From contig OY969938.1 in NCBI GenBank assembly GCA_963704755.1, forward strand, positions 1,620,001 through 1,652,000: DNA of 32,000 nucleotides. The letters run 5' to 3'. Shown one piece after another: positions 16,556 through 24,784 of this stretch. Numbering within the stretch: position 1 is the stretch's first letter; each line of letters begins with the position of its first letter. The position numbers and the translations under genes are program-made. A model generated the notes under the pieces. That model searched no databases and was not told the origin of the DNA. It saw nothing but the letters and a program-made list of their open reading frames with translations. This DNA is from an uncultured Chloroflexia bacterium (lineage in GTDB: Bacteria; Chloroflexota; Anaerolineae; Anaerolineales; Anaerolineaceae).

Positions 16556-18060
16556 AATTTTTGAGTTCCTCCGTTTGCCAGTAAATTAATTTTTTCCAAA
16601 TCAAGTTCGGATCTGAGATATTTCCGAGAGGCTTTTCCACCATACAAGAAAATGATCGATTGGCAGAAGTACAGCAGTTCTTCCAATTCTGTAGCGACAA
16701 CGATGACGCCCACCCCGCGCCTTGCGGCAGAACGAATGATTTCGTATATCTGGTTTTTCGCCTCGATATCCACCCCGCGGGTTGGTTCATCCAGTAATAA
16801 AACGTGATCGGCAATATCGAGCCAGCGTCCAATCACAACTTTCTGCTGGTTGCCACCCGACAAATTCATAATCGGCGTATCACAGGTCGGCGATTTGATG
16901 GACAGGCGGTTAATCAAATCGATCGTGACCTCTCGTACTCCCCGCCAGGAAATTTTCCCGGCCTTGCACAAAGACTTCCAGCGCCCGATGGTGATATTTT
17001 CGTCTACGCCCAGGTAGGGAAAAATGCCCTCGACTTTACGGTTTTCCGGGCTTAGCGCCACCCCGTTCTTGATCATGTGCTGAATATTGGGGCGATATCT
17101 TCTTCCATCTTGCGAGACCAGGCGGATATGCCCCAACCCGGCCTGGTCGAAACCCGCAATCGCCCGCAGAACTTCACTGCGCCCCGAACCAAGTAACCCA
17201 GCCAGGCCAAGCACCTCACCCTGGTGCAAATCGAATGAAACGTTTTCCACTCGCCTGGGGATGGTTAACCCCTCTACTTCTAACAATACAGGCGCTGATT
17301 GGAAATCAATGGCCTCGACCCCTTTGAGTTCCACCGTTTCCCCGACCATGTAATTAACAATATCTTTGTCAGATACTTCTGAGATCGGTGCGGTGATCAC
17401 GAGCTTGCCGTTGCGCAAAATCGTGACCAAATCGGCTACCTGGCCAATCTCTTCCAGCCGGTGCGACACATAAATTATTCCAACGCCTTGTTTTGATATT
17501 TGCTTGACTATCTTGAGCAGCGTGGCCACTTCCGGTGAGGCCAGGCTCGAGGTGGCTTCGTCGAGCAGCAGCACAGCCGGGTTGTGCGATAACGCTTTGG
17601 CAATCTCGATAAGCTGCTGTTGGGCCGGGCTTAGATTGCCAACCAATGTATCCGGGCTGAGCTTCACTTCGAGCAGTTCCAATGTTTCGGTCGCCAGCCG
17701 GCGCATTTCTGTCCGGTCTATTTGCCCATGTAGTTTTGGCCACTTCCCGAGAGCAATGTTTTCCGCCACATCGAGATACGGTAGAACATTGAGTTCCTGG
17801 CTGACTATTTCGATCCCCCTCTCCCGCGCCTCATGTGGATTTCGAAATACAACTTGTTGACCCTTGAGAGAAATTGTGCCTTCCTCGGGTTTTTCCAGGC
17901 CGCAAGCGATGCGAACCAATGTCGATTTCCCTGCGCCATTTTTACCCAACAAGGCCCGTACTTCACCCGGCTTGATGGAGAAATCGACCCGATCGAGTGC
18001 GATTACGCCAGGATATACTTTTCGAATTTTATCTAAGGAAAGTGCGGAGGTGACATCCAT
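16552..18060 (-). CDS. sugar ABC transporter ATP-binding protein, duplicated ATPase domains
   Basis: GKNGAGKSTL, LLLDEATSSL, GLLGSGRSEV, LSGGNQQKVVIGRWL, LLLDEPTRGVDIEAK. The start is placed at ATG 18060 (MDVTSALSLDKIRKVYPG) because the track extension to 18144 runs through the intercistronic hairpin. Confidence 0.92.
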   Translation of the reverse strand: MDVTSALSLDKIRKVYPGVIALDRVDFSIKPGEVRALLGKNGAGKSTLVRIACGLEKPEEGTISLKGQQVVFRNPHEARERGIEIVSQELNVLPYLDVAENIALGKWPKLHGQIDRTEMRRLATETLELLEVKLSPDTLVGNLSPAQQQLIEIAKALSHNPAVLLLDEATSSLASPEVATLLKIVKQISKQGVGIIYVSHRLEEIGQVADLVTILRNGKLVITAPISEVSDKDIVNYMVGETVELKGVEAIDFQSAPVLLEVEGLTIPRRVENVSFDLHQGEVLGLAGLLGSGRSEVLRAIAGFDQAGLGHIRLVSQDGRRYRPNIQHMIKNGVALSPENRKVEGIFPYLGVDENITIGRWKSLCKAGKISWRGVREVTIDLINRLSIKSPTCDTPIMNLSGGNQQKVVIGRWLDIADHVLLLDEPTRGVDIEAKNQIYEIIRSAARRGVGVIVVATELEELLYFCQSIIFLYGGKASRKYLRSELDLEKINLLANGGTQKL

Positions 18061-18131
18061 TGATAAGATACCTTTGTATCCACGGCTCCAATCGATATGT
18101 ATTTTTAGGGGCGAACTGGGGAAGAAATAAT

Positions 18132-18170
18132 TCCAGGTAGCCATCCCTACCTGCTGAATGGCTACCTGGA
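18132..18170 (-). promoter_or_regulatory. intercistronic hairpin between the solute-binding-protein and ATPase genes (13-bp stem TCCAGGTAGCCAT / ATGGCTACCTGGA, 13-nt loop)
   Basis: An exact inverted repeat 12 nt after the solute-binding-protein stop (18182). Confidence 0.6.
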
Positions 18171-18181
18171 TAAGCTAAATT

Positions 18182-19279
18182 CTATTGATGGCCGTCAAGC
18201 CAGGTTTGGGCTTTGGAAGGATCGCTGGAGAAGAACTCGACCGGATCCATGTTGTAGATCAGGGTTGAATTGGGTTCACCATTGATGGCATTCAGCGCCA
18301 TGTCAAGGCTGGTCTTGCCAAAATCTTCCGCAATCATGGCGTTGATGTACTTGACGATGCTGCCGTTGATGACGAGTTTGGCCGTGGCCGGGGAAATGTC
18401 ATGACCAAATACGACTACTTTACCATCCAGGCCGGCCTGCTGGATCGCAACTGCCGCACCCTGGATCATGTTGCCGGCTTCGCAATAGAAACCATTGATG
18501 TCCGGGTGAGCGGTCAGCATATTGGTGGCGGTTTCAGCGGCGGTATCCACTTCGATGGCCTGCTGATCGTCGACGATCACGGCACCCGGAACAATCGCCG
18601 TCAGCGCTTCGGTGAAGCCCTTGATCCGGTCCTGGCACACACCGTACTGCTCACAACCGACTACGCCAATTTTCGGATCGGTAATGCCGGCGGCCACAAA
18701 ATAATCACCCATTGCCTTGCCGGTGTCGTATCCTTGCTGATGCTGATCGCCAGTCACATAGGCATAGACGTATTTTTCGGCATCATCGGTATTGATGCAC
18801 GAGTTGTAGCAAATGACCGGAATACCCGCATCATGGGCCTGCTGGATGAGCGCTACCGAAGAAGTCGTGGATACTGCCGAGATGATGATCGCATCCGCTT
18901 TGACACCGATTAACGTCTGCATCTGATTGGCTTCCGTATCGGCATTGCCATTGCTGTTACTGTCCATCATATTGAGATCAAGGTTTTTATCGGCAGCCTC
19001 TGCCACGATACCTGCTTTTACGCCCGTATAAAATTCGCTTGCATCAAGCCAAAGCGCACCGATGGTCAGCTTTTCTGCAGTTGCAGCTTCAGTTGGCTGC
19101 ACCGCGACCTCAGTTGGTTGGACTTCGGCTGGGGCTGTATCGATGGGTTGTACTTCAGTCGGCGCAACTTCGGTCGACTGAACCTCAGCCGGCGCGGTTG
19201 TCGCCGCCGGCCCTGCACATCCGACAAGAAAACTTGCAAGTAATATTAGTGCGACAAACAGAAAAAGCGACCTTTTCAT
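18182..19279 (-). CDS. sugar ABC transporter substrate-binding lipoprotein (type I periplasmic-binding fold)
   Basis: Signal peptide plus lipobox (LASFLVGCAG) and a repetitive tether (AEVQSTEVAPTEVQPIDTAPAEVQPTEVAVQPTEAATAE), then a PBP-I domain (..DAIIISAV.., ..GIPVICYNS..). AAGGAG precedes ATG 19279. Confidence 0.88.
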   Translation of the reverse strand: MKRSLFLFVALILLASFLVGCAGPAATTAPAEVQSTEVAPTEVQPIDTAPAEVQPTEVAVQPTEAATAEKLTIGALWLDASEFYTGVKAGIVAEAADKNLDLNMMDSNSNGNADTEANQMQTLIGVKADAIIISAVSTTSSVALIQQAHDAGIPVICYNSCINTDDAEKYVYAYVTGDQHQQGYDTGKAMGDYFVAAGITDPKIGVVGCEQYGVCQDRIKGFTEALTAIVPGAVIVDDQQAIEVDTAAETATNMLTAHPDINGFYCEAGNMIQGAAVAIQQAGLDGKVVVFGHDISPATAKLVINGSIVKYINAMIAEDFGKTSLDMALNAINGEPNSTLIYNMDPVEFFSSDPSKAQTWLDGHQ

Positions 19280-19322
19280 TTTTTCTCCTTTTTTGTACGC
19301 TAATGTCGGTTTTGATGGTTGT

Positions 19323-19352
19323 ATTATAGATCTTAATGTAACTATTTGTCAA
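19323..19352 (-). promoter_or_regulatory. near-consensus sigma70-type promoter of the locus-2 transport operon (TTGACA-18-TATAAT)
   Basis: The minus strand reads TTGACAaatagttacattaagatcTATAATac, about 45 nt upstream of ATG 19279. Confidence 0.6.
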
Positions 19353-19358
19353 CATTAT

Positions 19359-19387
19359 TTGCATAAATTCGCTTTATGCTATATAAT
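19359..19387 (+). promoter_or_regulatory. near-consensus sigma70-type promoter of the deoR-aldolase-kinase operon (TTGCAT-17-TATAAT) overlapped by a 7-5-7 palindrome
   Basis: The plus strand reads TTGCATaaattcgctttatgctaTATAAT. GCATAAA-ttcgc-TTTATGC (19361..19379) sits over the -35 and spacer. GTG 19441 is preceded by AAAGGA. Confidence 0.6.
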
Positions 19388-19440
19388 ACGAATCATCAAC
19401 AAACTTTAATACATTAAACGACACGAAAGCAAAGGATATT

Positions 19441-20241
19441 GTGAACGAACCTAACTCAACAACTCCGCGATTCTTGCTCCCTGAAGAACGACGCAAAATC
19501 ATTCTAAAGTTGCTCCGAGAACAAGGTAGTGTTCGCACCACAACGCTTGCCGAACAAATGGATGTAAATCCTGCCACAGTCCGCCGCGATTTACGCGACA
19601 TGGCTGCCGAAAAGGAATTACGGCTGGTGCATGGGGGAGCGACGATTGCATCTTCAGTCCAACCCGTAACGGTTAATTACGATCTGGACGTCAAACGGTC
19701 TGCAAATATCGAAGCAAAAATGCAGATTGCCAAAAAAGCCCTGGACCTGATCCACGACGGGGATATTATCGCCCTGACATCCGGCTCTACTGTGGAGTTG
19801 ATTGTCCAGAACCTTCCCCGCGATTACAAATCGCTGACGGTGGTGACCCTCAGCCTGAACGTGGCCTGTCTGGCTGCCAAGTTTCCATATATTAAGTTGA
19901 TGATCCCCGGCGGTGAGCTATTCCGCCCGTCGCAGGCGATCGTCGGCCAGGATGCAGTCCATTTCATTTCAACCTTACGCATCGATAAGGGCTTCTTCGG
20001 GGCGCAAGCGGTGGACGTCAACGCCGGGTTTACCGAATCCAACCATTTGGAAGTGGCCACCAACCGGGAACTTTTCAATGTTTGCACCCACCAATACCTG
20101 GTCGCCGATTCTTCTAAATTTGGGCACGTGGCCCTGGGGCATATCTGTGATCTCGACGAGTTCGATGGCCTGATAGTGGACGATAACGTGCCCAACTCGA
20201 TCCGTTCCTGGGCCGTGGCGACCGGCGTAGAGCTAATCTAG
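19441..20241 (+). CDS. DeoR/GlpR-family transcriptional regulator (locus 2)
   Basis: HTH EERRKIILKLLREQGSVRTTTLAEQMDVNPATVRRDLRDMAAEKELRLVHGGA plus a DeoR C-terminal domain. GTG start. Confidence 0.92.
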   Translation: MNEPNSTTPRFLLPEERRKIILKLLREQGSVRTTTLAEQMDVNPATVRRDLRDMAAEKELRLVHGGATIASSVQPVTVNYDLDVKRSANIEAKMQIAKKALDLIHDGDIIALTSGSTVELIVQNLPRDYKSLTVVTLSLNVACLAAKFPYIKLMIPGGELFRPSQAIVGQDAVHFISTLRIDKGFFGAQAVDVNAGFTESNHLEVATNRELFNVCTHQYLVADSSKFGHVALGHICDLDEFDGLIVDDNVPNSIRSWAVATGVELI

Positions 20242-20312
20242 GGGTTGCTGCGGATCGATAATTCCGATCAACCCACATTATTGACGAACTACAATTTAGA
20301 AGAGGCGTTTAT

Positions 20313-21119
20313 ATGGATGCACGAGTTGGAAAACGGATCAGGCTTGGGCGAATATTCCGCCCGGCAGACAAACGCTGTGTAGCGATCGCGTATTCGCACG
20401 GCGTTCTGCTCGGCCCCGGAAAAGGGTTCCAAACCTTTGAGCAAATGGATCAGATGATGGAAATTTTTCAAGGCGCGGACGCCGTGATGCTCTCACCCGG
20501 GATGCTCGACCAATTGGACGGTCACTTCGTGGGACGCGATCACCCGGGCCTGATCGTCCAGGCTGACTGGCAAAATGTAGGCCGGGCCAGAGACGGGGCT
20601 TTTGCGGGCCAAGGCCTCTCAGTTCCTATGCTCACGGCCGAGCAGGCCGTGGCCGCCGGCGCCGATGCGATCATGACCTATCTATGGATGGGCGGGGATA
20701 ACCCCGGGCTGGAAGCCGGCGAAGTGGCCAGAAATTCCGCCTACGCCCGCGCCTGTGAAGCGGCTGGCCTGCCATTGTTGATCGAATTGCGCGGGTTGGG
20801 CCAGGAAAACGGCAAGGACGGTAAACCCGATCTCGAATTGCTCAAATTCCATACCCGCGTGGCGGCTGAATTAGGCGCCGACTTCATTAAAACTAAATAT
20901 TCCGGCTCGGTCGAAACTTTTCGCGAGGTCACTTCGCAGTGCCCGGTGCCCATCCTGGTCGCCGGCGGCTCGCGTCTCTCGACCGATGCGGATGCGCTCA
21001 AGCTGGTCGAAGATGTCATTGCCGGCGGCGGCGCGGGGGTTGTGTTTGGCCGCAACATCTTCCAATTTGACGATCCTTCCAGCATGTTGAAGCGGATCCT
21101 CGAAAGGGTACACTGCTGA
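20313..21119 (+). CDS. class I aldolase of the DhnA/FbaB/LsrF (DeoC/LacD superfamily) type
   Basis: 268 aa; ..AVAAGADAIMTYLWMG.., ..ELGADFIKTKYSG.. (candidate Schiff-base Lys), ..PVPILVAGGSR.., ..GVVFGRNIFQ... GAAGAGG precedes the ATG. Confidence 0.8.
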   Translation: MDARVGKRIRLGRIFRPADKRCVAIAYSHGVLLGPGKGFQTFEQMDQMMEIFQGADAVMLSPGMLDQLDGHFVGRDHPGLIVQADWQNVGRARDGAFAGQGLSVPMLTAEQAVAAGADAIMTYLWMGGDNPGLEAGEVARNSAYARACEAAGLPLLIELRGLGQENGKDGKPDLELLKFHTRVAAELGADFIKTKYSGSVETFREVTSQCPVPILVAGGSRLSTDADALKLVEDVIAGGGAGVVFGRNIFQFDDPSSMLKRILERVHC

Positions 21120-21156
21120 GAATTAGGTGCCTTTTTACGGATGTAAAAGAGGTTTA

Positions 21157-22734
21157 ATGGCTAACCAATATATCTTGAATGTGGACGTTGGTACATCCAG
21201 TACGAAAACAACCCTGTGGAGCGCGGAAGGCAAGACCGTCGCCGAAGCCTGCATCGCCAATGTGCTCCACCGCCCCGACCCGGTCATCGCCGAAATTGAC
21301 GGCAATGCCTGGTGGCAGGTAGTGTGCCAGACCATTCATAGCGTGATCGCCCAATCAGGCGTCCAGCCAAACGAAATCGCCGGGATCGGCGTGGATGGGA
21401 TCGGCCTGGCGCTCGTCCCAGTGGACCGAAATGTGAACCCCCTTGCACCGGTGATGATCTGGCTCGACCGCCGGGCCAGCCTTGAGGCTGCCTGGCTGAA
21501 AAGCCTGCCCGAGTCGCAACACCTGCTGGAATTGGTCGCCAATCCCCTGGATGAATCCTACGTCACCCCCAAGCTGGTTTGGTTGAAGAATAACCATCCC
21601 GATATATTCGAGGCCACCTATCAATTCCTTGGCTCAACCGGGTTTATCGTTGCCCGCCTTACCGGTGAATTTACCTGCGATTACACCCAGGCTTACGCCT
21701 TTCACTTCTTCGACATGAAAAATGAGTGCTGGGATCCTCAAGCCGCTGAGACGGTGGGGGTTCCGCTGGACAAGATGCCGCGTTTGTACTCTCCTCACGA
21801 GGTGGTCGGCCGGGTTACCAGCCGGGCCGCGGCAGAAACCGGGTTGCGTCCGGGCATTCCGGTCATCGCCGGCTGCCTGGATGCAATCGCAGGGGCCCTG
21901 GGCGCCGGGGTGACCCGCCCCGGCCAGACCAACGAACAAGGCGGGCAGGCCGGTGGTTTTGGCATCAGTGTGGAGCGCATGATCGTCGAGCCGCGCCTGG
22001 TTTTCTCGCACCACCTGGTTCCGGGCCAGTACCTGCTTTCCGCCAGCACGGTAGGCGGCGGTGTGTTGGGCTGGTTCCACGATCAGGTCGAAAACAAACA
22101 CCCGGATCCGGTCAAACCGGGATGCTTTGAGGAATACAGCGCATCGGCCAGAACTTCTCCCGCCGGCGCAAATGGTCTGATCTTCTTGCCATACATGGCC
22201 GGAGAGCGCACCCCCCTTTGGAGTAACATCGCCCGCGGTGTATTTTTTGGGCTTTCCTACAGCTCAAGCCAGGCCGATATTTTACGGGCGATGATGGAAG
22301 GCTGCGCATTCGCGGTGTCCGACAACCTCGCTATCGCCGCGGAACATGGCGTTACGGTAACCGAGTTTCTCGGTTCGGGCGGGGCATCCAAAAGCGCCGA
22401 ATGGTGCCAGATCAAAGCAGATGTCTATGGGCTGCCGTTTGTGGTGGCCCAAAGAGCCGGCGGCGGTGAAGGCGGCAACAGCCTGGGCCTGTTCGCCATC
22501 ACCGCCCATGCCGTCGGCATTTTCGCCGATATCCAGGAATGTGTGAATACATTATTGCCCAACCGGCGGCTTTACGAACCCTCCGAAAAGAACCACGCCT
22601 TGTATCGTGAACTCTTCCAGGTTTATCGCAGTATTTCTCACAAATTAATGGCCGACTTCAGCACGCTCGATCAAATCCGAACCAGTTTTCAAGGCAAGAC
22701 AAGGGAGTTTAGTACCGATCCGAAAATTGCATAG
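21157..22734 (+). CDS. FGGY-family carbohydrate kinase (about 525 aa, long form)
   Basis: MANQYILNVDVGTSSTKTTLW (FGGY N-terminal motif), ..LPYMAGERTPLW.., ..GSGGASKSAEWCQIKADV... ATG 21157 is preferred because AGAGG lies 5 nt upstream. Confidence 0.9.
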   Translation: MANQYILNVDVGTSSTKTTLWSAEGKTVAEACIANVLHRPDPVIAEIDGNAWWQVVCQTIHSVIAQSGVQPNEIAGIGVDGIGLALVPVDRNVNPLAPVMIWLDRRASLEAAWLKSLPESQHLLELVANPLDESYVTPKLVWLKNNHPDIFEATYQFLGSTGFIVARLTGEFTCDYTQAYAFHFFDMKNECWDPQAAETVGVPLDKMPRLYSPHEVVGRVTSRAAAETGLRPGIPVIAGCLDAIAGALGAGVTRPGQTNEQGGQAGGFGISVERMIVEPRLVFSHHLVPGQYLLSASTVGGGVLGWFHDQVENKHPDPVKPGCFEEYSASARTSPAGANGLIFLPYMAGERTPLWSNIARGVFFGLSYSSSQADILRAMMEGCAFAVSDNLAIAAEHGVTVTEFLGSGGASKSAEWCQIKADVYGLPFVVAQRAGGGEGGNSLGLFAITAHAVGIFADIQECVNTLLPNRRLYEPSEKNHALYRELFQVYRSISHKLMADFSTLDQIRTSFQGKTREFSTDPKIA

Positions 22735-22735
22735 C

Positions 22736-22774
22736 GTGTTTGTTTTTAGCGGCTTTGCCGCCAAAAACAAACAC
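22736..22774. repeat. palindromic hairpin, family copy a (GTGTTTGTTTTTAGCGGC-ttt-GCCGCCAAAAACAAACAC)
   Basis: 18-bp arms with one mismatch, starting 2 nt after the kinase stop codon (22732..22734). The T-run is 5' and the A-run 3' of the GC core. Confidence 0.75.
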
Positions 22775-22843
22775 TTTAAAATATTTTTCGGATCGAATTC
22801 CCGGTCGATCTTCGGAACGATAAATATCAGTGGAGGTTTTTTA

Positions 22844-23893
22844 ATGAAAGCAGCAATCTTGGAAGCCCAAAGGGTGATGAGTTATCAGGAGGTTCCTACC
22901 CCTACACCCCTGCCTGGGAATGTACGGTTACAAATTAAAGCGACATCGATCTGCGGGTCAGATATTAAGCGCTACAAATCGGGCCACCGGCTGTACCCCA
23001 TCATCCTGGGGCATGAATGTGGCGGCGTCGTCGATCAGGTTGGGGAAGGCGTCGACCAGAGCTTGCTTGGAAAACACGCCTCCGTGGCTCCCTTGATTCC
23101 CTGCTTCAACTGCGTCGAGTGCGACCGGGGATATTATTCCGCCTGCCCCAATTATTCCTTTATCGGCTCACGCCAATCCGGAAGTTTCGCCGATTACGTC
23201 GAACTGCCGGCCACGAACCTCTTCGTAGTTCCTGACCAGATTCCTTTCGAACACGTGGCCATGATCGAGCCCTCCACCGTGGCCAGGCACATGGTTGCCC
23301 GGGGTGACTTTGTCGCCGGTGAAACGGCCCTCGTTTTCGGAGTCGGTTCGATCGGATTATTGGTGGTGCAATGGCTGCGAATTTTAAAGGCCAAATTGAT
23401 CATTGGCGTCGATATATCGGATGAAAACTTGCAAACCGCCCGCAAGCTGGGCGCACACGCCACGATCAATCTCTTGCGCGAGGACGTGGTCAGCGAAGTA
23501 CGCAAACTGACCGGAGATGGCGTCGATGTATCTTTTGAAGCGGCCGGCGTGCCCCAAACCCTGGAAAAAACCATCCCGGTTACCCGGCCGCGTGGAAGAG
23601 TGGTTCTGGCCGGTAACCAGCCGGTCGATAAATCGATCCAGTTATCCTTTATCGAGAACCTGATCCGCCGCGAGTTGAGCGTCAGGGGCAGTCACATGTC
23701 CTTCTCCGCGCCTTTCCCGGGCCACGAATGGACCGATACCGTCACCGCCTTGATGGACAAAAGCCTGGATATGGACACCTTGATCACCCATCGTTTCTCC
23801 CTGGCCGAAGCGCCCGAGGTCTTCGCTAAAATCGGCGATGGCTCCTTGAAGTTCTGCAAAATCATGCTTCAACCCGAGCACGCCAATCAATAA
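22844..23893 (+). CDS. Zn-dependent MDR-family dehydrogenase, galactitol-1-phosphate 5-dehydrogenase (GatD)/sorbitol-dehydrogenase-like
   Basis: SICGSD and GHECGG (catalytic Zn), CFNCVECDRGYYSAC (structural Zn), GVGSIG (NAD). Blocks PLIPCFNCVEC..FIGSRQSGSFADY..IEPSTV and EAAGVPQT..FPGHEW recall E. coli GatD from memory. GGAGG lies 6 nt before ATG 22844, and the track start at 22727 runs through the hairpin. Confidence 0.85.
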   Translation: MKAAILEAQRVMSYQEVPTPTPLPGNVRLQIKATSICGSDIKRYKSGHRLYPIILGHECGGVVDQVGEGVDQSLLGKHASVAPLIPCFNCVECDRGYYSACPNYSFIGSRQSGSFADYVELPATNLFVVPDQIPFEHVAMIEPSTVARHMVARGDFVAGETALVFGVGSIGLLVVQWLRILKAKLIIGVDISDENLQTARKLGAHATINLLREDVVSEVRKLTGDGVDVSFEAAGVPQTLEKTIPVTRPRGRVVLAGNQPVDKSIQLSFIENLIRRELSVRGSHMSFSAPFPGHEWTDTVTALMDKSLDMDTLITHRFSLAEAPEVFAKIGDGSLKFCKIMLQPEHANQ

Positions 23894-24113
23894 TCTCTCT
23901 TTCAGTACGCTATAGCCCATTTTTGGAACACCTTTTTTTACCCAAAACGGACCGCGGTCCCTTTGGTTAGTTAGCTGCACCTTCTTTCAGGAAAAAACAC
24001 CCGAAAGAACGCCATCTGGCGGCAGATTACCGGTTTAGCCATTAGTTCACAATTCACCGGCAGGAAAATCGCCGGTTGCCCGGCTGGAAATCATTGACCA
24101 CACCTTGGAGATT

Positions 24114-24689
24114 ATGATGATCGATTTACCTTTTACCTACACGCTCTCGTTGCCAAAAGTTGTCCCCTCCCGGGTGGACAACTACATCACCAGAAAGTTA
24201 TCCAATCTGAAAGGCATGTTCAACGATGAGGCCGCCTATGACCAGATGCTGGCCGGCGGCGATCAACTGGTCTATGAAGTTTACGAGATCCAACGCCCGG
24301 AGGTCGAAGGCGAAATGCTGATGGGCATTTCAGTCGTTCACCCGGGCAGGGTTGGCGATGAATTTTTCATGACCAAAGGACATTTCCATTCCGTCCTTGA
24401 GACTTCGGAAGTGTACTATTGCCTCCGCGGCGAAGGCTACATGGTCATGGAAACGCCTGAAGGGGAAACCTCTGTGGAAACGCTGACCCCAGGCACAGTT
24501 CTGTACGTACCTCCCCGTTGGGCGCATCGCTCCGTGTGCACTTCCAGGCAGGATGACCTGGTCACACTTTTTGTCTATCCGGCCAACGCCGGCCACGATT
24601 ATGGCACGATCGAACGGACAGGTTTTCGCAAGCTGGTCGTCGATAGTGAAAACGGCCCAAAAATCATTGACAATCCCCGCGTCCGCTGA
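24114..24689 (+). CDS. cupin-type glucose-6-phosphate isomerase family protein (archaeal-type cPGI)
   Basis: TKGHFHSVLETSEVYYCLRGEGYMVMETPEG and VPPRWAHRSV match the cupin PGI signature known from Pyrococcus/Thermococcus (TxGHxH...ExY; PPxxxH). GGAG lies just upstream of ATG 24114/24117. Confidence 0.8.
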   Translation: MMIDLPFTYTLSLPKVVPSRVDNYITRKLSNLKGMFNDEAAYDQMLAGGDQLVYEVYEIQRPEVEGEMLMGISVVHPGRVGDEFFMTKGHFHSVLETSEVYYCLRGEGYMVMETPEGETSVETLTPGTVLYVPPRWAHRSVCTSRQDDLVTLFVYPANAGHDYGTIERTGFRKLVVDSENGPKIIDNPRVR

Positions 24690-24784
24690 CCGTCGGGATG
24701 GTCCGGCTCGAAAGAAATTGCGCGAATATCGAAATCGCAAGCGCATCCCGAACTGAAGCCCTGTAACCTGAGGAAGAAATCATC

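Noticed and set aside
20242-20275. Imperfect hairpin (GGGTT...GATCG-ataattc-CGATC-AACCC) after the locus-2 deoR stop, as a possible attenuator or terminator.
   Set aside because: It has two 5-bp helices with a large internal loop and no U-tract. That is too weak to call, and the aldolase gene has no room for its own promoter, so read-through is assumed.
12918-22734. Calling locus 2 (or locus 1) an AI-2 lsr operon because of the LsrB-like binding protein, dual ATPase, long FGGY kinase (LsrK-like) and LsrF-like aldolase.
   Set aside because: The regulator is DeoR-type rather than the SorC-type LsrR, no LsrG-like gene is present, and a GatD-like dehydrogenase and a PfkB kinase are not part of lsr. 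I kept this only as an alternative to be excluded by phylogeny.
22727-22843. N-terminal extension of the Zn-dehydrogenase ORF (track start 22727), overlapping the kinase stop.
   Set aside because: The extension (MHSVFVFSGFAAKNKHFKIFF...) is the translation of hairpin copy a and AT-rich spacer. GGAGG plus ATG at 22844 gives the canonical MDR N-terminus MKAAILE...
23894-24104. Degenerate look-alikes of the hairpin family between the dehydrogenase and cupin genes (CACCTTTTTTTACCC, GGAAAAAACACCC) and the GGACCGCGGTCC palindrome.
   Set aside because: These are only short stems (TTCTTTC/GAAAGAA and a 12-nt palindrome), and the arms do not align with copies a-d. The similarity is limited to A/T runs next to CACC.
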